Assembly: GCF_001194135.2 (NCBI RefSeq)
Contig: NC_068985.1
Span: 25,721,237 to 25,785,236 of the forward strand
Direction: 5' to 3'
DNA length: 64,000 nt
Origin: Octopus bimaculoides
Lineage: Eukaryota
Shown here: positions 49,394 to 60,760 of the stretch, piece by piece
Layout of the letters: each line of letters opens with the position of its first letter
Position numbering within the stretch: the stretch's first letter is position 1
The notes under the pieces: model-generated
The model's database searches: none
What the model saw: only the letters and a program-made list of their open reading frames with translations
What the model was told of the DNA's origin: nothing
Program-made: the position numbers and the translations under genes

Positions 49394-51558
49394 CTGTGAG
49401 TTTATGCGTGAGTTTATGTTGAAATATTTTTTGAACTGTCGCCATTGTTATTTGATTTGAATTGTTGTTAGAACTGTTGCCGTTGTTAATTTGTTAATTG
49501 TTGTTTTGTTCCCCATTGTGGGAAAATGGAGAAGATTCAGGAGAGAGGCCCAAGTTATGCAGCCGCAACGAGCAGAGGAGTAGACGTGCAAGAGTTGGAG
49601 GTCCGTGAGATAAAGGTGGAACCTCGAAAGATGAAGGAGAGTGAAAAATTAATCTCAAAAGAAGGTAACACTCTGAAATTAACGCCACCTGAAGAGACTT
49701 CGGCCATTGTGTTAAGAAAAACTATGATATTCAAAACCATGAAGACAGCTACAAGAAAAATAGAGATTGCACCGATAGAAGCCATAGAGGAGTGTATCAA
49801 GGAATTGAAAAGACTTACAACCTACATTACGGGAGGGAGAAAATACGCCACTGTGGAGGTGCGCTTCACAACAGAGGAGAAAGCACTCCACAGAGACTAT
49901 AAGGTCAGAAGAATGGATGCTCCTGCCTTCGTACTGCGGCAAACGTATGGCCAAAGTGCGAGTGAGTAAGGTGCCACTCGAATTATAGGAAGAATGGCTG
50001 ATGATAGCAATAACATATAATATGAAAGATGGGAAGATTTTGAAGGCTAACAGGACCCAGAAGGTAAACTACTGGGGTTGTTGTTGGCACTCTGTCGCTT
50101 ACGACGTCGAGGGGTCCAGTTGATCCAATCAACGGAACAGCCTGCTCGTGAAATTAACGTGCAAGTGGCTGAGCACTCCACAGACACGTGTACCCTTAAC
50201 GTAGTTCCTGGGGGATATTCAGCGTGACACAGTGTGACAAGGCTGACCCTTTGAATTACAGGCACAACAGAAACAGGAAGTAAGAGCGAGAGAAAGTTGT
50301 GGTGAAAGAGTACAGCAGGGTTCGCCACCATCCCCTGCCGGAGCCTCGTGGAGCTTTTAGGTGTTTTCGCTCAATAAACACTCACAACGCCCGGTCTGGG
50401 AATCGAAACCGCGATTCTATGACCGCAAGTCCACCGCCCTAACCACTGGGCCATTGCGCCTCCAAACTACTGGGGATATGGTATTGAATTGACAATACAC
50501 GCAACTAAGGAGGATTTGAACAGTGTGTGAATGAGATTGTGCTGCCAGAAGATGTAAGATTGAGAGTCAGTGTAGAGAGAAGGCCGCCGATGTTTCACAT
50601 GTGGAGAGAGGGGCTACATGAAGGCGTGGTGATCCCAAAGAGTACAACAAGCAGAACAGGTGGAAAGACAGGAGAGTGTGGACCAGATCATGGTAACAGA
50701 AAAAGTAACAGAAAAAGAAACAGGAAATGGATTTACTATGGTTGAAAAGAAAAGAAGGAGGAGCGGAGGAATGAGTTCTCCGCCAGAGAACCAGAAAAAG
50801 AAGAGAGAAGAGGTGGGAAAAGAAACTGTGAAGGAGGTCAGTGGGAAGGAAGAAAAGGGGAAAGTAAAAAGAAAGTGGAGTTACCAATAAAGATACCGGT
50901 TGTTCCAGTGGAGAAAGATTCGGAAATACAACTGCAGGAAAGAGAGTTGGAGAGATTATTTAGGATAGAGGAAGGAAAAACAGAACAAAAAGTACAAGAT
51001 AAAGGAAAGAAGATACGAGGAGGAGATGGAGTGTGGTATTATGTGACATACCCAAAGAATGTAGAAACAGAAAAAAAGATAATTAAGTTTAATTAAATAG
51101 TAAGAGTGAAGGTGCCTTCATACGTCTACGCAGAGGATATGAAGGCAATACTGATTGAAGAAGAGAACTGCAGAAAGCTGAAAGAGATGTGTGGAGATAG
51201 CGTTGACCCACAAGGAGTGGAGGTGGAATTCAAGGAGTTGCTACCAGTAGTGAATCTGAAAGATATTGAACCACTGATGAAGTTCTACTAAAAGAGAACA
51301 ATAATGCATGTTAAATGATGTTATTTTTAGGAAAATAATGGTGATAAAGTAGGAAAAAAGAACAATTGTAGATAGTACATATAACGGTTCAAATGGTACT
51401 GCATGGGAATGAGGCGCGTGTGGCCATTTTCATTTTTTTCATTATTATATAATTTCATCCAATTTACATTCGTTTTATGTTTTTTGTCCCCACTGTGGTC
51501 TTGTCTGTCCTTGTGGTGTCCGCTTCTGTGTTTAGGGCTTTATGCCTAATAAAGAAAT
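49394..51558 (+). mobile_element. L1/Tx1-like ORF1-only (HAL1-like or internally deleted) retroelement, degenerate
   Basis: ORF1-like frames from ATG 49526 (SYAAA, KYATVEVRF), a decayed CCHC knuckle C-F-T-C-G-E-R-G-Y-M-K-A-W-* at 50591-50632, a K/E-rich region, no APE or RT motifs, a 3' tail ending AATAAAGAAAT, and a 13-bp TSD (49381-49393 / 51559-51571). Confidence 0.75.
50078..50463 (-). mobile_element. SINE family B inserted into ORF1, with 12-bp TSD
   Basis: TSD AAACTACTGGGG at 50066-50077 and 50464-50475; (CAA)n tail. Confidence 0.95.
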
Positions 51559-52098
51559 CGGTATTTCGTCTTTACGTTCTGAGTTCAAATTCCACCGAGG
51601 TCGACTTTGCCTTTCATCCTTTAAGGGCCGATAAATTAAGTACTAGTTGCGCACTGGGGTCGATCTAATCGACTGGCTCCTCTCCCCCAAAATTTCGAGC
51701 CTTGTGCCTAGAGTAGAAAAGAAGATATGATGCAGCATATGAAATATTAGCAACTATCTTAGAAGACAAAATTCGAAAAGCATCAGACATATTTTTTTTT
51801 TTTGTAAGTTTGAAATTCATCTTTTTGTTTCTTGAATGAAGCTTAGTTTTGAACTTTTGATATTCATGTTTACAACTAAATTGAGAGTAAATAACTGAAA
51901 ATATTTCTGAAAAATAAACTTGACTTGTTCGATAACTAAGCTCCACTCCCCTTCATTAAAGAATTAAGAAGGCAGAACTAGTTTGCATGAAAATATCGTT
52001 GAAATAAAAAGACTCGGTGTGGAATTAAAAAAAAAAAAAAAGACAATAAAAGGGAGACAGAAGCAGCAGAAAAATCTCCGCTACAAGAACAATCTTCG

Positions 52099-52950
52099 AT
52101 GAGTGCTTTACAATTGCTCCGCTCCTTTACAGCGCGAATAACTTCTGATACTACGACATGCTGCCTGACGACGATACTTAGATATGATACAGAGATCATA
52201 GCAGTTGACTACTCTAATAAAAACTTGAAGACTTTCAGCGCTGAAGGTGTATGTTTAAGTGTGTTAAATCTACAGTCGTCTCCAAGAAGGGCATGCGTTA
52301 CACCTGAAGGAGAAATTGTAGTGACGTTACAAGGAGAATATATGATTATGTTTCTCGTGAAATTTGGACACCAACTTTTTCCTTCGCTTGACATTCCCAC
52401 TGCAAAAGACTATGCTCTCATTGAAGCTGTTGATAATTCATTAATCTGTGGGAAATGTGGTTGTCCAGGCTACATAGACATCATCAATTACAGGGGTCAT
52501 GTGTTACACAGCTTCTCCGCGTTCTCATCAAATGGTCTCCGTATTTCATTTCCTTCATATCTAGCTGTACATCCGTTAGGTGATCTTCTCCTCAGTGAAG
52601 TACGAAGCGATGGCTACCAGGCATTAATTCGCTGCAATCTAAGTGGTGATATAAAGTTCTTTTACCAAGGAGCTAAAAAAACTTTGAAGTGTCCTTCTGG
52701 CGTTTCTGTGGATAAAAATGGTTATATCTATGTAGCCTGTAGAATGCAAAACCAAATCTATTGCCTTACGTCAACAGGTAACCTTCATAATGTTCTAAAA
52801 ACGAAACCAAACGCGATTTCAAATCCTGGATCTATTTTTGTAACTCCTGATGGATCAACGCTCATTTTAGCAGAATTTGGGTCAGAAAATGTGAAAGTGT
52901 TTGATATACAGTCTGTCGATGACTATATAACGGATGTGGATTCCTGTTAA
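52099..52950 (+). CDS. NHL-type six-bladed beta-propeller (TRIM/B-box-NHL-like C-terminal domain); intronless ORF or terminal exon
   Basis: 283-aa uninterrupted ORF with repeated blades: SPRRACVTPEGEIVV, FPSYLAVHPLGDLLLSE, CPSGVSVDKNGYIYVAC, NPGSIFVTPDGSTLILAE. The frame is open upstream to 52003. Confidence 0.85.
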   Translation: MSALQLLRSFTARITSDTTTCCLTTILRYDTEIIAVDYSNKNLKTFSAEGVCLSVLNLQSSPRRACVTPEGEIVVTLQGEYMIMFLVKFGHQLFPSLDIPTAKDYALIEAVDNSLICGKCGCPGYIDIINYRGHVLHSFSAFSSNGLRISFPSYLAVHPLGDLLLSEVRSDGYQALIRCNLSGDIKFFYQGAKKTLKCPSGVSVDKNGYIYVACRMQNQIYCLTSTGNLHNVLKTKPNAISNPGSIFVTPDGSTLILAEFGSENVKVFDIQSVDDYITDVDSC

Positions 52951-54003
52951 CAGAACTCTTTAAACCAGGTCCGTAGGACTTTCAGCTCTGTTTTAATACA
53001 AATTCATTTTTTAAAATTCATATTTATTTGCATTGTAGTATTTATAAGACATCGAGATGCTTAAATAACCATTTTTTATATATAAAATTTAATCTAAATT
53101 TTAAATTAAACCTTTTAAAATTTAGTATTGGACTACGCTTAAGACGACTGATTTAATCTACCGATTATCTTAATTATATGTATTAAAGATTCATTGTTGA
53201 AACCTTGTACTCGCGATATCTAAAAGCTAAGCTTTGTCTTATTTTTTGTTTCGTTTTTTTTTTTATCGAAAGTAAACTTAATGAGCTGAAATTGGCCGTG
53301 TAATTATCTTAAATTTAATTGCCTCATTTGTGAATATAACAAAACCTAAATATATTTTGCGTTTAGTTAAAGGTTCTTGTACAATAATTCAATTATTTCG
53401 CATTTAATATTTTCTTCGTGGATAATGTTAGACAATTATATTTTTCTCTTGTACGACTGTATGGTTATTACGACCCGTAAGTATGTAATTGAGTTCTAAC
53501 ATACTGCGAAATATCTGAGCAAAATATTTCGTAGTTTTTGGTCAACTGGTGATATGAGTGAAATTTCGTAGACGAAAGTATTTCGTGTATAATTACATGT
53601 ATGTGATATACAGTAGTAATAGCATGGGAACATGTGCTGTAACATTGCATCGCTTCATCCGCCATTCATTGGTAATTACCTACCACTCCTGACAGATGAC
53701 GCCTTTGCACCAATCGGGCGACAGCTCCACCAACATGGGTTTGTTTGAGCAGTTATTGTTGGTGAAGGTTTTAAAATGTCGGGTTGTAAATACTACCGCA
53801 ACTTCTTTTAGTTGCGTTTCACGACACGCAGAGGAAATGTTTGGTCTATTCTTTGACACGCCGATCTCCACACAGTACACGTATATAATCACACAGTACA
53901 CGTATATATGTAATATGTATCTTATGTACGATAGTATATATCTATAGTTGGAATTTACAAAAAAAAAAAGACGAAGACCGTAACGCTCGGGAAGGCGAGA
54001 TAG

Positions 54004-54041
54004 TCTTTTACGTGTCGAGCCTACGCTTTTCAACAGACAGG
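54004..54041 (-). ncRNA. Second, decayed copy of the CUGUUGA hammerhead-like motif
   Basis: Reverse strand CCTGT-CTGTTGA-A-AAGC-GTAG-GCTC-GACAC-GTA-AAAGA, inside an ~90-bp segment (53975-54062) homologous to 18360-18445. Confidence 0.45.
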
Positions 54042-54083
54042 AACACGAGAAAATAGAGAAAAAAAGTTTGTGGTCAATCATGG

Positions 54084-54118
<35 letters not shown>

Positions 54119-55559
54119 GTGTGTGTGTATTATACAATATATTATGAGTTACTGCTGACCTGTTCAGCCATCTCGCCTGGGCGTTTATCCTCAGCCTTGG
54201 GTTCGCCTTATTTCCCGGCCGTTTTTTTTTCTACCTTTCTTTCTCTATTAATCAAATCCTGGGTACTAGCTAGTCGTGAGTGGTCGATCCTACGAAAAGT
54301 GCGCGCGAGCGCGCGTGCAAATGAATACATGTGTGCGCATGCAAATTAGTAAATAATTTCTTTTAAACAAAGTAAATAATTTTTTAAAAATTACTTTTTT
54401 CTTTTCTAAACAACGTAGATAGGTAGAAGGAATAAAAATAACACACTATCTGTTTTTGTTAACTTCATACATTTTTTTTCTTTTGGTTAAATTTTGTGAA
54501 CAAAATAATTTTTATTTTCTAAACAACGTAAATAAATTTTTAAAAAGGTNNNNNNNNNNNNNNNNNNNNNNNNNNNNNNNNNNNNNNNNNNNNNNNNNNN
54601 NNNNNNNNNNNNNNNNNNNNNNNNNNNNNNNNNNNNNNNNNNNNNNNNNNNNNNNNNNNNNNNNNNNNNNNNNNNNNNNNNNNNNNNNNNNNNNNNNNNN
54701 NNNNNNNNNNNNNNNNNNNNNNNNNNNNNNNNNNNNNNNNNNNNNNNNNNNNNNNNNNNNNNNNNNNNNNNNNNNNNNNNNNNNNNNNNNNNNNNNNNNN
54801 NNNNNNNNNNNNNNNNNNNNNNNNNNNNNNNNNNNNNNNNNNNNNNNNNNNNNNNNNNNNNNNNNNNNNNNNNNNNNNNNNNNNNNNNNNNNNNNNNNNN
54901 NNNNNNNNNNNNNNNNNNNNNNNNNNNNNNNNNNNNNNNNNNNNNNNNNNNNNNNNNNNNNNNNNNNNNNNNNNNNNNNNNNNNNNNNNNNNNNNNNNNN
55001 NNNNNNNNNNNNNNNNNNNNNNNNNNNNNNNNNNNNNNNNNNNNNNNNNNNNNNNNNNNNNNNNNNNNNNNNNNNNNNNNNNNNNNNNNNNNNNNNNNNN
55101 NNNNNNNNNNNNNNNNNNNNNNNNNNNNNNNNNNNNNNNNNNNNNNNNNNNNNNNNNNNNNNNNNNNNNNNNNNNNNNNNNNNNNNNNNNNNNNNNNNNN
55201 NNNNNNNNNNNNNNNNNNNNNNNNNNNNNNNNNNNNNNNNNNNNNNNNNNNNTAAAACCAGTACAAACGCACGAACGATGTCATAACAGTGATAAACGAA
55301 ATATACACCGCCGATAGTTGTTATTGACAAACAACGGCAGTAATTTTATTCAGCTGAATACACGTCATTGATTGGTTGAAATTACCGACATACTACAACT
55401 TTAACACGAAATAACTTCGAAAATAAAGAATTTTCTTTAAAACGCTAAGAGTAAATGATGTTTTACATGACACATTCTACCAGTATACGAAATTTGAAAG
55501 TGTTTAGTTACAAAATTTTTTTTTTTATGTGCCGGCCAAAAGGAAAAGATCCTCCCCAT

Positions 55560-55760
55560 CTATGTTTAGGGCTTCATGCCTAATAAAGAAATCGGTATTT
55601 CGTCTGTCTTTACGTTCTGAGTTCAAATTCCGCAGAGGTCGACTTTGCTTGTCATCCTTTCGGGGACGATAAATTAAGTACCAGTTGCGTACTGGGTCGA
55701 TGTAATCGACTGGCCCCCTCTCCCCAAAATTTCGGGCCAGGTTCCAAGAATAGAAAAAAA
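55560..55760 (+). mobile_element. Tail of the ORF1-only-type element joined to the 3' part of SINE family A
   Basis: TATGTTTAGGGCTTCATGCCTAATAAAGAAAT|CGGTATTTCGTC, the same junction as 51558/51559. Confidence 0.8.
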
Positions 55761-56324
55761 AAATACTATTTTATTCTTTTTATATTGAAAGCTTTGCCTC
55801 TCTCCCTCTAGAAAACAATTTTAAGCTTAATATGGAGCTGCTGCTAACTATATTAGTATGCGCATTATATCAACTATTTATATTTAATTTTGGGGGTATG
55901 AGTTCATATTACGTACACGACGATATGTAGTCTTTCGTTGGACAATTTGCAATACATTATTTCAATTCTAATACGCTATGTTAGATGGATTTGAAGAAGT
56001 GGCTTTATTTCTAGTAGTTCGGGTGATTACAAACAGAGAGAGAGAAGGATGCTGAAAGATAAGGAGGGAAAATATGGGAAAGATGTATGCGTGTGTTCGA
56101 GATGAGATTTACATCTAGTACCGCGTGGAGATTGACATCGCTGTTGCCTGCACAATATCTGTTGCGTGGTTTATTCTAGTTCTAGAAGTGTTTTTCAAAG
56201 CAACAGACTTTTCATAACAAATGGCCGAGGTAAATTCACTTCTATCAGGAGAATGGATAATGCAGATGCCCACGCAGGTTAGACAAGCTGATATAGTGGT
56301 CAAGGATGCAGTTCAAAACAAACA

Positions 56325-56720
56325 AAAAAACTGATTTATTTCCCACAAGGGGTACACACAGAAGGGGACAATACAAGAAATGTGGGGACACGAAACAAAG
56401 GGGGAAAAAACTCGCGCAGTCTGAATACAGAAAGTGAAATTTGAAATAGGAGAAAGTATGCCAAGAGTTAAGGAAGAACTTATAAGAGCCTGGGGTACAC
56501 ATGATTTAGAACTTTGTCAGGTAGGAGCCACGAGATGCAGATTATAAAGCAAGCTGAGAATGGTCTAAAAGCAATTGATGGTTCAAAACGACCAGGCAAG
56601 TATAAAATTTAGTATCTGCAGTTTGGCCAATATCGACACCTTTCATGACCACTGCTAGCTTATTAAGCTAGCAGTGTCACGTGTTCAAATCATTGAACAA
56701 AAATACAATGCATTCATTAG
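56325..56720 (-). mobile_element. Putative LINE 3' end sharing SINE-A tail-1 sequence
   Basis: The reverse strand ends TTGTCCCCTTCTGTGTGTACCCCTTGTGGGAAATAAA; the upstream sequence is coding-like but decayed. Confidence 0.45.
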
Positions 56721-56989
56721 GCAATAACTAGGTATACTTCGTATAATAAACCCTTCAACTCTTTAAAGCAAAAGGGGGGACATTTCAATTTCCAATGATT
56801 TCAATGGTCGAAATTTATAAAATAGGGAAGGTAGGAAATTTTGAGGATGATGCTAGGGGAGTCGAAGGATATAAAAATTAAGGCACAATCCACCAGGTGT
56901 AAAAAAGAAAAAAAAAGCCAGGAAGTGGAAATCAAAGGCAGAAATTAATGACATCCTGTTAAGCACAAAATACGGTGGGTGCTATATAG

Positions 56990-57720
56990 TTGAAAGGGAC
57001 TTTGGTTTAGCTCATAATTTCAAGCCATTTTCGAGTATGACCCAGAACGAACGCAGATTTGTTCCTAGTAGTCAAGGGAAGCAAAGAAATGAGTTTCATT
57101 TGATTTAATGCTCTCAACAAAGACAGATGAAACACGTAATTGAGATAACTTGGAATTGAAGTGGAGTACATCATTACTAAGTCTTTCAATGTGTTCATCT
57201 TATGATAGCTTACTATTCCCTACAAACCTGGTGAGATGGAAGGTGTCAGAGTGATAAATGCAAATCTGGGAAGGTAGGAACACTGAAACATATTCTTTCT
57301 AGTTGTCCACTGGTGTTGTATAGATGGAGACACAATCTGTTAATATTCTCTTCAATGTCGCACGGAACCAAATTTCTCTAATCAACAATGACAAGAAATG
57401 ATAAAGAAATCCAGTAAGATTTTATCACCTTCGTGCATCCAGGACAGCCGATCTGCTTGAAGGAGCTTCCTACGAACGACGAAAAGTGGAATGGCTATGG
57501 GAAGGTGGCTGCAGATTTGCCAAGGTGCTAAGGATTCTTCCCCTACTCCGTTTGCGGAGAAACCAGTTATTATATGGTGTAAAGAAATCTGGTCGAGTTG
57601 ACAAAGGATGGACCTTTATGAACTTCTTGAAGAATGTGAAGATGCAGGCTGGAAAGCAGAACATTATCCAACTGAAATTGAAAGAGTTCATACTATATAT
57701 GTAGGGGTGGGGAATCAATG
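56990..57720 (+). mobile_element. HERO-like RLE non-LTR retrotransposon fragment
   Basis: GTLKHILSSCP..YRWRHN, KVAADLP, KPVIIW and YELLEECEDAGWKAEHYP motifs across frameshifts. Confidence 0.85.
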
Positions 57721-60479
57721 ATCAAATGCATTCGAATTTTGACTACATCCTCCTATTTTAGAATAAAGCAAGAATGACCATTGCATACTTTTATTTAAAA
57801 TGGTAGGGTGGGATTTGAAGGATATTTGACCGCAGTTTCTATAAATTGGAAACGCTAAGTTATGAGGGCGTGCACAAACCAACGCTTGTTGTCAAGCAGT
57901 AGAGATGAACATATACACACACAACTATCTATATATCTTTGTATGTATGGTGATATACGTATATAAACGATGGGCTTACACAGTTTCCGTCAAATTCACT
58001 CACAACCTATTGATCAGCTCGGGGCCATAGTAGAATGAATGTGCACCTCTATGGAGCTACTCGTACTATTACTGAACATCATATCATTTCTGTTCCAAAC
58101 CACTATGTCAAACCTACTGTGTTTGCATATCGCGGAAATATTGATGCAAATTTTCCCAATATTTCCTAAGTTAAGACAAATTTGATTTACTAAAAATCAG
58201 AAACCTCTGTATTTGTCGCAAATCATTTCTCCTTATGGTTAGCAACATCATCATGCTGCATTAGAAACTTGTATGTTAATGACCTGTTTGAGCAGCTGCT
58301 GGTCGCATGCGAAATATCTTCTGTAGAAGTGTGACATAATCAACATTTTCTATCTAATCTGGAGAGATTAAGTCTTTCGCTGTTTCTCTTTATTGTGTAT
58401 TTTATAGTAATCTCCTATTCTTGATTGTAGAAACATGACCTTTAAAATTGACGTGCTGTGACGGTCGTGTGTTTCAGAGGGTCTACACTTCCTGTCAATA
58501 TTAGTATCATCAAGCTTAAGAGAAGTATACTCACGCATAACTTTTTTGTCGTTTTTGGTTCTTTTTATGTGGAGTGTTTCTCCTCCAAATTCTTGTTAAA
58601 ATACCAGTTCTGGGGTTACGTGGAACGTCCTTTGCTTGTATGTAATTAGATCGTGGGTGACCGAATAAATAGATACCTGACAGCCAGCCGAGAGATCGGC
58701 ATTTCTGTGTCTAAGTGAAAGCACTGTATAATTGGCGAGTGTTTCGTCGATTTTGCAGTGCTGAGTTCAATTCATTCCACAAGAATTCGTACCGACGACA
58801 GATCAGCATTCTGTCTCCCACGATCTAATTACATCTTAACGTCTTGGAAGTTGAGGACAAGCACTAAATGATTTTTTTCCTTGTTCTTTCATAAGCTGAG
58901 TGGGGTGGGATGTATTGATGCGGGAATTGAAGGTTGGAAATCTGAAAGATTAGAATCATACAAACATTGGACTTTGTGTTTAAGACTCATAAATAACAAA
59001 CGTTTATAAGTAAAAGATGCTTAGGAAGTAATGTAATCAGAAAGGTAGAATCAAAAAGTTGTTTTGGATTTGAAAACAGTCTTTTTTTTTTTCGAAAAAT
59101 ATAAAATGTCTAATATTTCCAAGTTTCTGAATGAGGATTTGTAAACAAACAATTGTATGACAATCGGCCGAAATGTTGGCACTGGATTAACTATGTAATA
59201 TAAATGAGTTAATAATACTAAAGAAAAACCAGTTTTACATTTAAAGAAGTCGGTCTTCCACTGTTATGCACCCTTTACCACCTGTGAGTCAAACAATTCT
59301 AGGAATAATTTGTACTATTAGTGCATAGCTTATTTACAAGATAACTGCGTTTTGTTAGTACGGATGTATCATTGAAAATAATTGATATGATTAAGAAAAG
59401 ACAAAACCGAGCATTGTCACTGAGTCAGATGATTACAAACACTCAGCATCACAAGAACTGACAGTTGACCAATTTCTGGCACAATATTTGTGTCGCTGAC
59501 TTTGATTTTCTTTCTTTTCCTTTTTAGTTGTAATAGATTCAGCATTTTTTACGAGTCATATACGGCTGTGTGGGGGGGAATGGTGGAGCGACGAACTAAA
59601 TGATTATACTATTATTTACTTTCGCATCTCTGCATTCTGAGATCAAATCTCACATGCGTGAGATTGTGTATCTCTCCATTTTCCAGAGTCGATATAAGTA
59701 CTTGCTTTCTCTAGAAATGTGTACTTTGTATGAAATAAATCTTTGCGTACAATAGTAGGGAATATTGTGAAATATGAAGTATGATCTCATGAAAACGAGA
59801 ACCGCAACTCGGTTTTTAATTTAAAACGGAAACTATTTCACCTAATTAATGCTGCTTCATGTAGAAAACAGAAATTCCATATTTTCAGTTCATTCTATGC
59901 AATATATAATCTCTATACCTAGTTAAAACAATGGAGATTGTAGAACTGGTAGGTATCACACAGTAATTTTCAGTGTTAAGTTTCATCTGTCTTTACTCAC
60001 TGAGTTCATGTCCAACTTCGATAGACTTCATCGTGTATCTTTCTTTATTATACAACTTCCATTAAAAAGAGTTCCCTGACTAAAGACATTTCTGTATTTA
60101 TGCGTTGTTGTTTAGTCGTAAGTCGGCCCTGATCCATGAGACTTACAGGTTTTTTTTTTTCAATACAGAAAACATGCATGACTACATTATCAAATGTCTT
60201 TTACTGACAGTGAGGTGTTATTTGAGAGAGGTGTAGCTGCTTGTATTAGCAGGTCGAATGACAGCATAGTGGTTCCGTCACAGGTTCGGAAACTATTTAG
60301 GCGAAATTGACATTGGATATTACTGAGACAATAATGCCGGATATTATTCGGTCAAGCTCATTATTCTAGGTTCAAAACCCTGTTCATTTACCTCCAAATA
60401 AGGTTGATCAAATAAATTCCATCAAAATAATGGTTTATAATTTAAGCACAAGGCTAGCAAATTTCAACGGGAAAGTTTG

Positions 60480-60760
60480 GAACAAATGCCGCGAGGCATT
60501 TTTCCGTCACTCTGCTGGTTCTGCCAGTTAACCACCCTTAATGTTTCTAACATAAGTACAAGGGAAATTTGGAAGAGAGCATTCAGTCGAGTACATCTAC
60601 ACCAGTAATACACTGTATTTTATTTTATCGGCAACCGATGGATGGAAAGCAAAGTTGACTTCAGCGGAAATTGAATTCAGAACGTAAAGAACCGGAACAA
60701 ACACCGCAAGTCATTTTGTCTGAGCTTCTGACGATTTTGCCAGTCCACCATCGTAAAATA
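60480..60760. mobile_element. Degenerate SINE family A pieces
   Basis: GAAAGCAAAGTTGACTTCAGCGGAAATTGAATTCAGAACG and flanking head-like segments. Confidence 0.6.

Larger units (their letters stand above)
49334..51725 (+). mobile_element. SINE family A split by a 2.2-kb insertion (5' part 49334-49393, 3' part 51559-51725)
   Basis: The two halves join into one SINE across the TSD CG(A/G)TATTTCGTCT. Confidence 0.85.

Noticed and set aside
55252-55558. Possible end of a non-autonomous DNA transposon
   Set aside because: The partner terminus would lie in or beyond the 54550-55251 gap, so TIR and TSD cannot be verified.
57400-57480. Minus-strand 'WMHEGDK' resembling an L1 linker
   Set aside because: The plus strand gives a coherent series of RLE/HERO motifs, so this match is coincidental.
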